Assembly: GCA_050250255.1 (NCBI GenBank)
Contig: JBFWOZ010000042.1
Span: 1-26,507 of the forward strand
Reading direction: 5' to 3'
Origin: Bdellovibrionales bacterium
GTDB lineage: Bacteria > Bdellovibrionota > Bdellovibrionia > Bdellovibrionales > DASUEL01
Length of the DNA stretch: 26,507 bases
Part shown: positions 16,275 to 26,057 of the stretch, piece by piece
How positions within the stretch are numbered: position 1 is the first letter of the stretch
How the letters are laid out: every line of letters begins with the position of its first letter
The notes under the pieces: generated by a model
What the model was told of the DNA's origin: nothing
The model's database searches: none
The model's input: only the letters and a program-made list of their open reading frames with translations
Program-made: the position numbers and the translations under genes

Positions 16275-18179
16275 ATGAGCAGTAAGATTGTATTCTATAT
16301 TCTCTTTTTATTTTCTTTTGCGGCTTACGCTGAGCCCAAAGTTGTTGCGACTGTCGATCAAAATGAAGTTGGACTTGGCGATAGCTTCACACTCACTATT
16401 TCTGTGAATTCCGATTCGACGATGTCGATTGGAGACCACAGGCTTCCGCAGCTCGACGGTCTTGATCTCATCAGTCAATTTCCTATGAGAGAATCACGAA
16501 GCGTTTACAACAACGGAAAATTTGAATATCTCCAAACACAAAAATACAACTACGTTTTTCAAACGAACAAAATGGGCACCATTGTTATTCCACCAGTAGA
16601 AATGGTGGTGAACAATAAGGCTTACAAAACGTCCGCGATCACAGTGACCGTGAAAGACCCAGGTTCTGTGAGAGCGAAGCCGCAAAAACGTGCGCGTCCT
16701 CAGCCCACTTTTCCTGACGAAGAAGGAGAAGATCCCTTGGACGAGGCAGAAGCGATGTTCAATCAGCTTCTTCAGCGTCACGGCATCAATCAGCCTCGTG
16801 GTGCTCAACCAAATATCAATCCCAATGACGCTTTCTTTTTACAGTTAGAAGTCGATAAAAACGAAGCTTACGTGGGCGAGCAAGTGACCGCCTCTTGGTA
16901 CATCTACACGCGCAACCAAATTCAAAACATCGATACGTTAAAGTATCCTAACTTGAAGTCGTTCCTAAAAGAAGACATCGAGATTGCGACAAAATTAGAT
17001 TTTCAAGAAGAAGTGGTGAACGGAATTCCGTACCGAAAAGCGCTTCTTGTTTCTTACGCTCTATTCCCGATGAGAGAGGGCGTTGCCGTAGTTGATTCCT
17101 ATAAAGCTCGCTGTACTGTATTGATGGGTAACAGCATCTTTGGCGGAAATAGTTATACCTTTTCTAAAGCAAGCCAAGAAGCCAAAATCAAAGTGAAAGC
17201 CGTTCCTGCCACTCAACGACCGAGTGATTATGCCGGCGGAGTTGGGCAGTTCACGATGAAATCTTCGGTTGATTCGATAAACGTGTCGGTCAACCAGCCT
17301 TTCCCTCTTCGTATCCGCTTAGAAGGAAGAGGAAACGCGAAGTCCATCGATCTACCAACTTTGAATTTGCCACCAACGCTTGAAGAATACAGTCGTCGAG
17401 ATGAATCCAAATACAACCGTGATGGAACAAGTTATAAAGAATTCGAAATTCTTTTGATTCCTCGACAAGCCGGCACCGTAGAGATTCCCGCTTTGAACAT
17501 GAGTTTCTTTGATCCTCGAAGCGGACGCTTTTATAAAGAGACGACTTCAAAAATCGCTCTGCAAGTAGGAGCCGGGAAAGGTGGCGCGACGCCAAGTGCA
17601 GTCAATCCGAGTGCCCGTGAAGCCGCGCCTCAACCGGCAAATCAGTTACCAAATCCGATCGTGGTTTGGGAATCCTATTCACCATCTCAATTTCAAACTC
17701 TCATTTGGGTTGTTGTTTACCTTCTCGTTTTTATATTTCTTGGTTGGAGGGCCCGAGTGGAACTCAAGCTAGGTCAAAAGAAGAGATCCTTACTCTACCG
17801 AATGTCAAAGCGGTTCAAAGTCGTGCGTGCAAAAGTGGAAGCTGGCGATTGGCGGGGTGTGGGAACAGAAGGTCTCAACACAACGTACTTTGTGTTAGGG
17901 GAGCTTGCCGGTGAAACGGGTGGATCAAGTAACGAATTAGAAAAAATGTGGAGCAAGATTGCGTCGAGTGTCCGTCGAGAATTCGAATCACCACTCCGCC
18001 AGGAGATCACAAACTTTGAAACTTTGAGTTTTGCCCCCGAGCATGTCGTTGGCAGCCTCAAAGAAAAATCCCAAATGACCACTCACGTGAATGCTTTAGA
18101 GTCTCTTTTAAAAAAGCTCGTCCAGATGGCCACGAAAGCGACCACCTCAGGTAAAGACAAAGAGTCGGATAAAAATTAG
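16275..18179 (+). CDS. batD: BatD family protein
   Basis: Signal peptide; ATVDQNEVGLGDSFTLTISV; EVDKNEAYVGEQV; GGVGQF; LEGRGN; LIPRQAGTVEIP..SFFDP; C-terminal TM. Confidence 0.9.
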   Translation: MSSKIVFYILFLFSFAAYAEPKVVATVDQNEVGLGDSFTLTISVNSDSTMSIGDHRLPQLDGLDLISQFPMRESRSVYNNGKFEYLQTQKYNYVFQTNKMGTIVIPPVEMVVNNKAYKTSAITVTVKDPGSVRAKPQKRARPQPTFPDEEGEDPLDEAEAMFNQLLQRHGINQPRGAQPNINPNDAFFLQLEVDKNEAYVGEQVTASWYIYTRNQIQNIDTLKYPNLKSFLKEDIEIATKLDFQEEVVNGIPYRKALLVSYALFPMREGVAVVDSYKARCTVLMGNSIFGGNSYTFSKASQEAKIKVKAVPATQRPSDYAGGVGQFTMKSSVDSINVSVNQPFPLRIRLEGRGNAKSIDLPTLNLPPTLEEYSRRDESKYNRDGTSYKEFEILLIPRQAGTVEIPALNMSFFDPRSGRFYKETTSKIALQVGAGKGGATPSAVNPSAREAAPQPANQLPNPIVVWESYSPSQFQTLIWVVVYLLVFIFLGWRARVELKLGQKKRSLLYRMSKRFKVVRAKVEAGDWRGVGTEGLNTTYFVLGELAGETGGSSNELEKMWSKIASSVRREFESPLRQEITNFETLSFAPEHVVGSLKEKSQMTTHVNALESLLKKLVQMATKATTSGKDKESDKN

Positions 18180-18281
18180 GCATTAATCTAACTTTTGTCG
18201 AATTGCTGACTCTAGCAAAAGGTCTAGACTCAAATTTACTTCAATTAAATCCGAGAAGAAGCATAGAATTCAGGAGGCAAA

Positions 18282-20201
18282 ATGCTTCGTTACATCGCAT
18301 TTTTTGTTAGCATGCTGTTTTGCCAATTCGCAGTTTCACAAGAAAAAGTGGCGGTTATAGTAAGTGCGGGAGATCTGCGCATGCTTGAAGATGCTATGGG
18401 TGCGCTTGAGAAGCAAGCCGCTAAAGTTTATTCGGATTTGGGCTTTAAGGTAATTCTAGTGGGAGGAGTTGCTACAAAAGGAGTTGATCTTTCACCTGAA
18501 GTTTTGCGTGAAACGTTAAGTAATTTAAAAAATGTAAAAGACCTTCGCCTTGATTTTATTGGTCATGGAAACCTCATTCCGTCTAGAAACAAACTGATCG
18601 TAGATCCCATTCAAATGTCTGAAGAGAGAAGAGCGATAGGATTTGATAATTTAAATGCCGACAAAAATAAGCTTGTATGGGTTGCTTCTAATAGTTCAAC
18701 GGCCGATCAAATGTATTACGGAGACAAAGCTAAAACGTTTGGCTTTGCCCCTTCTGAGCTAAAACCGATCACTCATAATGATGTCAAATCGGCTTTAGCA
18801 ATGTTTCGAGAGAAAAATTCTTCCGGCATAACAACTATTAATTTACTTAATTGTTTTAGTGGAGCGTTAGCGCAAGATTTGAGGAACACTCCCGATACGA
18901 TCGTTTTTGCAAACTCGCCTTCCAATCAACCGGCATTAGAGCTCTCTGAATTTGCATATATAGGATGGAGCGAAGTAGACGGTTTTATAAAGCCTAATGA
19001 TGGTCTCATGTTTTTTTATGAGGTGTTAGGGGCCTCAACGAAAAAACCTATTTCTTTTCTTGAGGCTCGTCAGAGAGCAAATCAGAAAATGACGAATCAA
19101 TTACGAGATGATCCGACCTCTGTTTATTTGGTTGGTCGCTCGCCTATGTTTGAATCTGCGCTGGGCTGGTGTGAATCCGGAAAACCTGGACAACAAATAA
19201 ACAAAGAACGTATCAACACAGATCCATACACATGGGAACATTCCAACAAAAAGACATTGGCGGTCAGGCTTGCCGACGAAATAAAAAGCATTAAAAGTAT
19301 TTTTGAGTACTCGAGTGCTTTACCTAACAGAAACGAACCTTCAAAAAGAGAAATTGATAATTTGAAGGAATCTTACGAGAGTTGCCTGCGTCCCTCTGAA
19401 GACGACATACAAGGTACTAGAGACAGCTTAAAGCAAGAATTAAAAAAATACGAGGAGTGGCAAGCATTAAGGAAGTTAAGTGCTTCAAATCCGAGTGTGC
19501 CAATGAAGCTACTCATGGATCATTATCTCACGACTCTCAATGATCCCAAAAAGCAGGTCGAAATATTTAATAAAGTACAAGCAAGCATAGAAAATGATCT
19601 GAATAATTTGAAGCGTATGAATCTACCGCGTGAGCGATGGGGTGCGATTAATGCGTTCATCGATGGTATAAAAAGCGGCAGTATCACGAAAGATAAAATC
19701 ATTGGAGATCTCCGTAAATCTGTCGAGGAATTGAAAACAGCTTGCGTTACACAGTCAGTGGAAACCTTCCCGTGTCAGGAATTCTGGAATAAGAATCAGA
19801 GTTTTTATGGATTTATTAATTTTGCCCCAATGGAACGTGACCCAAACACTGGGACTTTGAGTGATCTTGGCTGTGCTAAAAATTCCAAATATTTCGAATG
19901 TGTTCTGAAGAAGTATCCCGGGAACTATGAGTTTCTTTTGGAAACTTATTGGTCTCAAAAGGAAGAGCCTCGTTTAGTGGAACCAAAAAAATCATGTGAT
20001 AATTCACCTTGGATAAGTTATCAAAAAACAAAAGCGAATGTTGCCATGGATGAAGCTTGTATTAAAACGTTCCTAACATCGGCTCCTGACAAGGAATGGG
20101 AAAACCTCGACCGAATTTTGAAGCTGGGAGAGCGCGATATTCAGGGACGTGAGCCTACAATTTCTAATACAAATAAGCCGTCATCAGGAGGCGCACAATG
20201 A
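18282..20201 (+). CDS. Secreted protein with a putative caspase/legumain-like (clan CD) peptidase N-terminal domain and a helical Cys-containing C-terminal domain
   Basis: AGGAGG ribosome-binding site; signal peptide; KVAVIV, LDFIGHG and INLLNCFSG. Confidence 0.6.
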   Translation: MLRYIAFFVSMLFCQFAVSQEKVAVIVSAGDLRMLEDAMGALEKQAAKVYSDLGFKVILVGGVATKGVDLSPEVLRETLSNLKNVKDLRLDFIGHGNLIPSRNKLIVDPIQMSEERRAIGFDNLNADKNKLVWVASNSSTADQMYYGDKAKTFGFAPSELKPITHNDVKSALAMFREKNSSGITTINLLNCFSGALAQDLRNTPDTIVFANSPSNQPALELSEFAYIGWSEVDGFIKPNDGLMFFYEVLGASTKKPISFLEARQRANQKMTNQLRDDPTSVYLVGRSPMFESALGWCESGKPGQQINKERINTDPYTWEHSNKKTLAVRLADEIKSIKSIFEYSSALPNRNEPSKREIDNLKESYESCLRPSEDDIQGTRDSLKQELKKYEEWQALRKLSASNPSVPMKLLMDHYLTTLNDPKKQVEIFNKVQASIENDLNNLKRMNLPRERWGAINAFIDGIKSGSITKDKIIGDLRKSVEELKTACVTQSVETFPCQEFWNKNQSFYGFINFAPMERDPNTGTLSDLGCAKNSKYFECVLKKYPGNYEFLLETYWSQKEEPRLVEPKKSCDNSPWISYQKTKANVAMDEACIKTFLTSAPDKEWENLDRILKLGERDIQGREPTISNTNKPSSGGAQ

Positions 20202-20575
20202 AAATCATATTTTTCACGTTTATCGTTTTTTTAAGTTTGAATGGAATAGCAAAGTCAGTAGACCGCCAAATGGCCGAGGGTTATTTTGCAATGGATTCCC
20301 AAAAAAGAATTTTCTTTCTCAAGAAACGAGGGGTTCTTGACTCAGGTATACGTGTCAAATTCAAAAATCTTAAAGCTCAAAGTACGGTGTGTTTTTTAAG
20401 CAAGCCTTTGCGTTTAGATTGCCCTTTGCAGACGATTTCGTTTGCTCCTAAGCAAGAGTTCGGACATCTAGTTATGGATAAAGCTCAATTGATAGGCGGC
20501 TCAACTGCCTGGCACAAGCTTCGTTCTGCCGAAATGATATTTGGTATTCAGAGGAAGCCAAGCCAAAAGAAATAG
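20198..20575 (+). CDS. Small basic secreted hypothetical protein
   Basis: AGGAGG ribosome-binding site; ATGA overlap with the upstream gene; signal peptide. Confidence 0.75.
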   Translation: MKIIFFTFIVFLSLNGIAKSVDRQMAEGYFAMDSQKRIFFLKKRGVLDSGIRVKFKNLKAQSTVCFLSKPLRLDCPLQTISFAPKQEFGHLVMDKAQLIGGSTAWHKLRSAEMIFGIQRKPSQKK

Positions 20576-20784
20576 AGCATCTTCTATTTTGAAGCACCAG
20601 AACGTTGAGTGCGTTGTTGATTTACGAACTCACGACCTTTTTTCCCATACATGGCTATCGCGATGTCATTTTGCAATGTCTCGTTTTCAACTTCTGTCAG
20701 CGGTGGAGCTGTACCTTACTTAACTTTTAATCATTGGAAAGTGACGAGTGACAAGTTCGGCTAACTCCCTTAGCGCAAAGAACC

Positions 20785-21084
20785 TTAGTGCTGAACGGGA
20801 AACTGCTGTTTCGCAGGTTCTGTGGCGGTTGGAATAGGAGGTAATCCAGGAGCCGCAGAGATGGGTTTCTTCTCGGTCACAGCTTGAATTGATGGTGTCG
20901 CCGAAGAATTCTGTTTTATTTCCGTAAGTGTTGTTTGAATTTTTGTGAGTTCATTTTCGAAGTGACGGATTCTAAAAAACCAAAAAGAAAATTCACGTGT
21001 GAGCAAAACAAAAAGCCATGTTCCTAAAACAATCAAAGCAATCGCGAAGTAAGGAGATGTGGCAATAGCTTCTAATTTTCCCAA
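20785..21084 (-). CDS. Small membrane protein (TM, coiled coil, Pro-rich tail)
   Basis: TTG start after AGAGG; hydrophobic stretch YFAIALIVLGTWLFVLL. Confidence 0.7.
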   Translation of the reverse strand: MGKLEAIATSPYFAIALIVLGTWLFVLLTREFSFWFFRIRHFENELTKIQTTLTEIKQNSSATPSIQAVTEKKPISAAPGLPPIPTATEPAKQQFPVQH

Positions 21085-21135
21085 AGGTTTCCTCTTGTTT
21101 TAAAATTCGCATGAAGATCTAACACAAAGACCTTC

Positions 21136-21843
21136 TTACTTCTTCTTTCTTTTCTTGAGAATTATATATGCGCCGATAGATGCAATTAGTACAGCAATGG
21201 CCAATAACTTTCCAGCTTTTGAAGAGCCGCCGCCACCGTCGGTAGGATAATCCTCAACCGCTGCATCCATTGGACCTGGAAGGGAGGGGCCAATGGTTTC
21301 CGTGCCGGGATTAAGGGGGGCAAGCTGGGTTGTTTCAAAAAGATCTTTGGACGCCACCACTCGAAGACTCTCAACCGCTTTGAAAAAATCGTTGCTGTAT
21401 TTTGTGAAATGTTTTTGATGTCCACTGAATGTCACAAGAATCGCAAGGCGATCTTTCGTCGTTGCGAGGTAGCGTGTGTAATAATTTGGAATTTCGCTAC
21501 TCAAATGCATTCCATCAACCCAAGCGTGTCCTGCAATTTGTCGGCGACGAACATCACGCACGGTGGATTTTAAAGGTTGGCTATTGGGGCCGGGAATGGT
21601 GCGAGGAGTTTTCAAATACAGTTCATAGCCCTCGAGTGTATCCTTGGGATCCACCTCTTTCGCCGTTAAGACGATGATGGCTTCTCGCGAATTACCTTTA
21701 AGTTGGCTATTACAAACCCACTCGGTGCCTTCAAGTCGACATTCCCAGCGGTCAGGAAGTTCGAAGCTCACGTAAGCATTGCTAAAAGTTTTGGCAAAAG
21801 AAACAGACGACGTAAAAACAAGAAGGAGAAGCACGAGTTTCAT
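21136..21843 (-). CDS. Exported protein with a C-terminal membrane anchor (hypothetical)
   Basis: Signal peptide ending SFA; globular domain; Pro/Gly linker; C-terminal TM followed by KKRKKK. Confidence 0.8.
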   Translation of the reverse strand: MKLVLLLLVFTSSVSFAKTFSNAYVSFELPDRWECRLEGTEWVCNSQLKGNSREAIIVLTAKEVDPKDTLEGYELYLKTPRTIPGPNSQPLKSTVRDVRRRQIAGHAWVDGMHLSSEIPNYYTRYLATTKDRLAILVTFSGHQKHFTKYSNDFFKAVESLRVVASKDLFETTQLAPLNPGTETIGPSLPGPMDAAVEDYPTDGGGGSSKAGKLLAIAVLIASIGAYIILKKRKKK

Positions 21844-21942
21844 TCTTAAAGGCTAAGCGATTTCTTTGTGTTAGGCCAGATTGTGTCGTGAAAGCCCATC
21901 CGTTTTGGCAAATGGGCCTGCTTCATGAGCTAGACTTCCGTC

Positions 21943-23637
21943 TTAATCCAGTGGAGGAATCAGACGTGGAGCTCTTAAAGTCTGTAGAGCCGCGTTTATG
22001 TTTACAAATTTCTGTGAAGAAATTTTGCCGCCGTAATCCGTTCGCATTGTGCCTGAAGAAAGAAGCAAAGCTTTTACTTGCGAGGCGGTAAGCGTAGGTT
22101 TTACGGATATTAACAGAGCCGCAGCGCCGGAAATAATGGGTGTAGCCATCGATGTTCCAGAAAGCGGGATATATTTTTTATTGTATCGGTTTTTGTAGAG
22201 CAAAGAAATCAATCCACCATCGGCCTCTGAGCCGCCAGGAGCCGCAATCGCCACATGCGTACGTCCCACATTTGTATAGGTCGTGAGATTTCCCATGAGA
22301 TCCGTCGCAGCTACGGTGATCAAGGTTGGTGAAACATAAGAAGCTGGGTAAGTGGGTTTCAAATCAATATCGACGCTGTCATTTCCTGCAGCGACTACGA
22401 CAAGAACTCCCTTTTGTGCTGCATAAGCAATCGCCTTTTCGAGGCTTGGTACAGGCTCGTTTCCACCTAAAGACATATTGATGATGCGCGCTTTTGAATC
22501 CACTGCGTAGTAGATGGCGCCGGCGAGCGAAGCCATATCACCGCCAAAGGGTCCAAGAACTTTTACGGGAAGAAGTTTTGCGGCAGGAGCGACACCAACA
22601 TAAGAACCAGAAAGCCCTGCCACATGTGTTCCGTGCATATCATCATCATAAGGCATGTTGTCGTTATTCACGAAGTCCCAACCTATGTTGTCGTCAATGA
22701 AAGTGTTGCCATCATCGTCACGACCGTTCGCAAGTTCTGCCGTTTTCACGTCTACGTTCGCAGAAAGATCTGGATGGTTGTAATCCATGCCGGTATCGAG
22801 AACCGCAATCTTCACATTGTAACCACTCGCAAACTTCCAAGCGTTTCCAAGTCCTAAGCTGTTGAGGTGAGGAAACTGTGCGAGTCGATCCATTTCAGGA
22901 AGCGGTCGAGCGGTGGTGGCACCAGTAAAAGGCTGATTCTCCGTTACACCAAACATAAAGTTGCGGATACAAGCATGAGTTTCGCTCAGCTTTACGACCA
23001 AATAAACTTCGTATTCTCCTAATTCATCAGGAAGAAATTGAACGAGTGGACCGGTGATTTTTCTTTTAAGTTGAACGGAAGTCATGGGAGCAAATACTGT
23101 CCACGAATATTCCGGTTGCACACCTGTGAACTGCACGTGTGCAGAAAATCCCTTCGTGTTCCTTCGGTTCATGAGGACGGGATCTTCAGGCAGAAGAGGC
23201 GAACCTCCCACTTCAGCCTGAAGAGTCATTTGCGGTGCCGTCGGAATACGATGACAGTAGTTTTGAATTCGAATTGTAGGTTGCTGTTGTTTTTTTCGCG
23301 TGAAAACATTTTTATGAAATTGGCTATGTGGAACTTTCTCGCCAATTTCTTCTGTCGATAATCCGTAGACTTCAAACAATCCATGTCGAGGATTAATGCT
23401 ACGGATTCTTCCACCTTTTGCTTCAAGAGCGGTAACGGTAGCTTCTATTTTTTCTGGATTTTCGGCATCGTCCGAGAGGTCGATGACATAACCCGTTTGG
23501 TTTTCACTTTGAGGAGCGGAGATCATTCGTCGTTCTGGTTGTGCGGATTCTTTTGAGCAGCCCACTATCGTCAGTGTGCTAAAAAATACAGAACCGAGGA
23601 TCACTGGTGTCAAAACAATCTGCTTGATCTTCTTCAT
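21943..23637 (-). CDS. Subtilisin-like S8 serine protease lipoprotein
   Basis: Lipobox TIVGC; catalytic IAVLDTG, HGTHVAG and GTSMATP; oxyanion AAGN; DDDGNTFIDDNIGWDF calcium-loop insert. Confidence 0.95.
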   Translation of the reverse strand: MKKIKQIVLTPVILGSVFFSTLTIVGCSKESAQPERRMISAPQSENQTGYVIDLSDDAENPEKIEATVTALEAKGGRIRSINPRHGLFEVYGLSTEEIGEKVPHSQFHKNVFTRKKQQQPTIRIQNYCHRIPTAPQMTLQAEVGGSPLLPEDPVLMNRRNTKGFSAHVQFTGVQPEYSWTVFAPMTSVQLKRKITGPLVQFLPDELGEYEVYLVVKLSETHACIRNFMFGVTENQPFTGATTARPLPEMDRLAQFPHLNSLGLGNAWKFASGYNVKIAVLDTGMDYNHPDLSANVDVKTAELANGRDDDGNTFIDDNIGWDFVNNDNMPYDDDMHGTHVAGLSGSYVGVAPAAKLLPVKVLGPFGGDMASLAGAIYYAVDSKARIINMSLGGNEPVPSLEKAIAYAAQKGVLVVVAAGNDSVDIDLKPTYPASYVSPTLITVAATDLMGNLTTYTNVGRTHVAIAAPGGSEADGGLISLLYKNRYNKKYIPLSGTSMATPIISGAAALLISVKPTLTASQVKALLLSSGTMRTDYGGKISSQKFVNINAALQTLRAPRLIPPLD

Positions 23638-23778
23638 TTTTCCCCCATTTACAGGCTATTAAAAACTCACTTGGGAACAACGGCTACGGGCGACCTGTAA
23701 AAATTTCAACTATGGGAATATGCTGGGGTTTAAAGGGTTTCAAATGACAATTTTTATCGTGACCTATTAGTAATTTTA

Positions 23779-24702
23779 ATGGATAATGGGAACATGAATT
23801 TACATCAACTTCAGACATTCTCAACCGTCCTAACTGAAAAGAGCATGACAGCCGCGGCTCAAAAACTTTTCTTGACCCAATCCGCAGTGAGTCAGCAAAT
23901 TCGACAACTCGAAGATGAATTAGGAATTGAACTTTTGGTGCGAGGCACTAGACAGGTTGCGCCAACACCGGCCGGAACCGTTCTCGCCGATTACTCGCGT
24001 AAAATTCTTCATCTTGTTTCACAAGCCGAGCTCGCTGTTCAAACAGTGAGTGCAGAAGTAAAAGGTCCTCTTCGCATTGGAACTTTAAGTTCTATCGGTC
24101 TTCAATTGATCAGCCCAATTTTTGGTCTCTTCTTAAAAAATAACCAAGAGGTCTCCGTAAAACTTCGTTATGGCGATGGTGCCACTCTTCTTCACGCGCT
24201 TGAAGCGGGTGAACTCGATGTTGCGATCGTTCCCGAAGCGAGTCGTGAGTTTGGTGGAATGTCTTCCTCAGCTTATGAGCAGCGAATCGTTTTAGAAGAT
24301 GAAATGTGGCTTGTTGCGAACATGCCTAACATCGAAGAGGGAATGGTCCTTGAAACTTTAGGTGGCTTAAACAAAAACCCTGTGATTTGGCTCACACAAG
24401 AATTTCCTGGTTTTGAAAACTACATGACCAAAGAACTCAAAAGACAAGGTGTCAACATCCGTCCCGTGTTTGAATCTTCAAACGTTGGAACTGTAAAACG
24501 AGTGATTGAATCAGGCTCTGGTTGGGGATTTCTACCGGCCCACAGCGTGCGGAAACAAGTTCGTTCCGGCCGCATGAAGCATGTGAAGATTGAGAACTTC
24601 TATTATCCCATCACTCTCACTTGTTATTTTCCAAAGAACCTCAAGTCAGCAAAAGTCCTTGAAGTGTTCTTAAAATCTCTCTCAAGCCAATTCGGTTCTT
24701 AA
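23779..24702 (+). CDS. LysR family transcriptional regulator
   Basis: MNLHQLQTF...SMTAAAQKLFLTQSAVSQQIRQLEDELGIELLVR...PTPAG. Divergent from the S8 gene. The start may instead be the ATG at 23794. Confidence 0.95.
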   Translation: MDNGNMNLHQLQTFSTVLTEKSMTAAAQKLFLTQSAVSQQIRQLEDELGIELLVRGTRQVAPTPAGTVLADYSRKILHLVSQAELAVQTVSAEVKGPLRIGTLSSIGLQLISPIFGLFLKNNQEVSVKLRYGDGATLLHALEAGELDVAIVPEASREFGGMSSSAYEQRIVLEDEMWLVANMPNIEEGMVLETLGGLNKNPVIWLTQEFPGFENYMTKELKRQGVNIRPVFESSNVGTVKRVIESGSGWGFLPAHSVRKQVRSGRMKHVKIENFYYPITLTCYFPKNLKSAKVLEVFLKSLSSQFGS

Positions 24703-26057
24703 CGACTCGTAGCAGGTTTGGGGAATCTCTTAAGCATCTCTAAATTCGGAGAGGGCTTTTTGCAGCGTTCTTCAGAATAATCTTTGAATAATTGAACGAT
24801 ATTAGCATGTGAGGTTGGATCAAACTCAGGAGTCACAGTCCATATAGTGAGAGGTAGGCCATTTATAGTAGAATTATTTTTAGGAAGTTTCGCCCAACTT
24901 AAAAGATTTTTATAAGCTTGAGCTCTCTTAATAAGTATATCTGAATTTATCTTTACCGGCGACGCCCTTGTGTCCAATTCCGCACGGGCAATATTTTGTC
25001 CAAGCGCAAATTCTCCCACCGCAAAAGGCTTACGCAAAAGACTATCGTTGGTGCAGCCTAAATACATTCGCTTCGACCAAAAAAGATGATTAGGTTTAAA
25101 AATATTTTTTTCAATATTTTCGGAAGCTAGTTCGTGCGCTAGCGTTTGCAATTTTGTTTTAAACCCATTCGAGTTTGACAGGGAATAGCGAACTTCGGAC
25201 TCTCTGTAGTAGGCTTGGGTTATGCCTTGGTCAGTTTTGCTCCAGTCTCCATAGAAACTTGGTGCAAAAAAATCATTTTCATCTGTGAATTTTAAATAAT
25301 CTGAGCAGGTGGTTTTTGTTAAACTCTTTTTGGGAAATGCGACCCCGTAAATCCAATTGGGAGCCCAGCCGATTTTTACTGAGTTAGACAGTTGTTTTAG
25401 CCGTTCTTTCATATTTTTTGTGAAATTGAGCCAAAATTGAGGAGAATCTGCCAGGGATTGTTCGAGCTCTGTCATAGTAATCACGGTGACCTTTTGTACT
25501 CCTCCTGAAAGTTCGTTTTTATGAGTTTGAGTCCATTCAAAAAATTCTTTGAATAACTCTTCGTAATTACTTTGTGAACCCACTTTAAAACTAGCTCGCC
25601 ATTCCTCTTCTTGGCCAGATTTCGAATTTAATGTTTGTGCAGAATCAAGATGGGGTTTGAAAACAATATTCAAACCACTCTTCCAAATTCTTTCAAGACA
25701 AGATTTGATTTCCCCAGGCCACAAAGAGCCTGAGAGAACTTTGTGGCTTTTAGTATCAAATTCAAAAGTAGGTGTGAGAGTGATAGATGTAAAGCCCGAT
25801 CGTTTGGCGGTTTCAATTTTCTTTTGGCAGTCACAATCAAGATCGCCTTTATGAAATCCAGCAAGCGTATAGGATAAGTCCATTGAATCATGGTTCACGG
25901 GGATACAGTAAGGACCGGGAGAGCTGTCACTCACAGGCTGAACTTGGTTAGCTCGGCAGTCTCGAACGGGAAGAGGCTTGGGACTCATGATTAAATCTCG
26001 TGCATTGGCAGCTGGTGAAAGTAAGAATAAAATGATGAGAAATGAAAATAGGCGCAC
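24699..26057 (-). CDS. Secreted TIM-barrel glycoside hydrolase, GH113-like (clan GH-A)
   Basis: Signal peptide; GFTSITLTP, GLNIVFKPHLD, EWRA, TMTELE (candidate acid/base), IGWAPNW and VGEFALG (candidate nucleophile). Confidence 0.6.
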   Translation of the reverse strand: MRLFSFLIILFLLSPAANARDLIMSPKPLPVRDCRANQVQPVSDSSPGPYCIPVNHDSMDLSYTLAGFHKGDLDCDCQKKIETAKRSGFTSITLTPTFEFDTKSHKVLSGSLWPGEIKSCLERIWKSGLNIVFKPHLDSAQTLNSKSGQEEEWRASFKVGSQSNYEELFKEFFEWTQTHKNELSGGVQKVTVITMTELEQSLADSPQFWLNFTKNMKERLKQLSNSVKIGWAPNWIYGVAFPKKSLTKTTCSDYLKFTDENDFFAPSFYGDWSKTDQGITQAYYRESEVRYSLSNSNGFKTKLQTLAHELASENIEKNIFKPNHLFWSKRMYLGCTNDSLLRKPFAVGEFALGQNIARAELDTRASPVKINSDILIKRAQAYKNLLSWAKLPKNNSTINGLPLTIWTVTPEFDPTSHANIVQLFKDYSEERCKKPSPNLEMLKRFPKPATSR

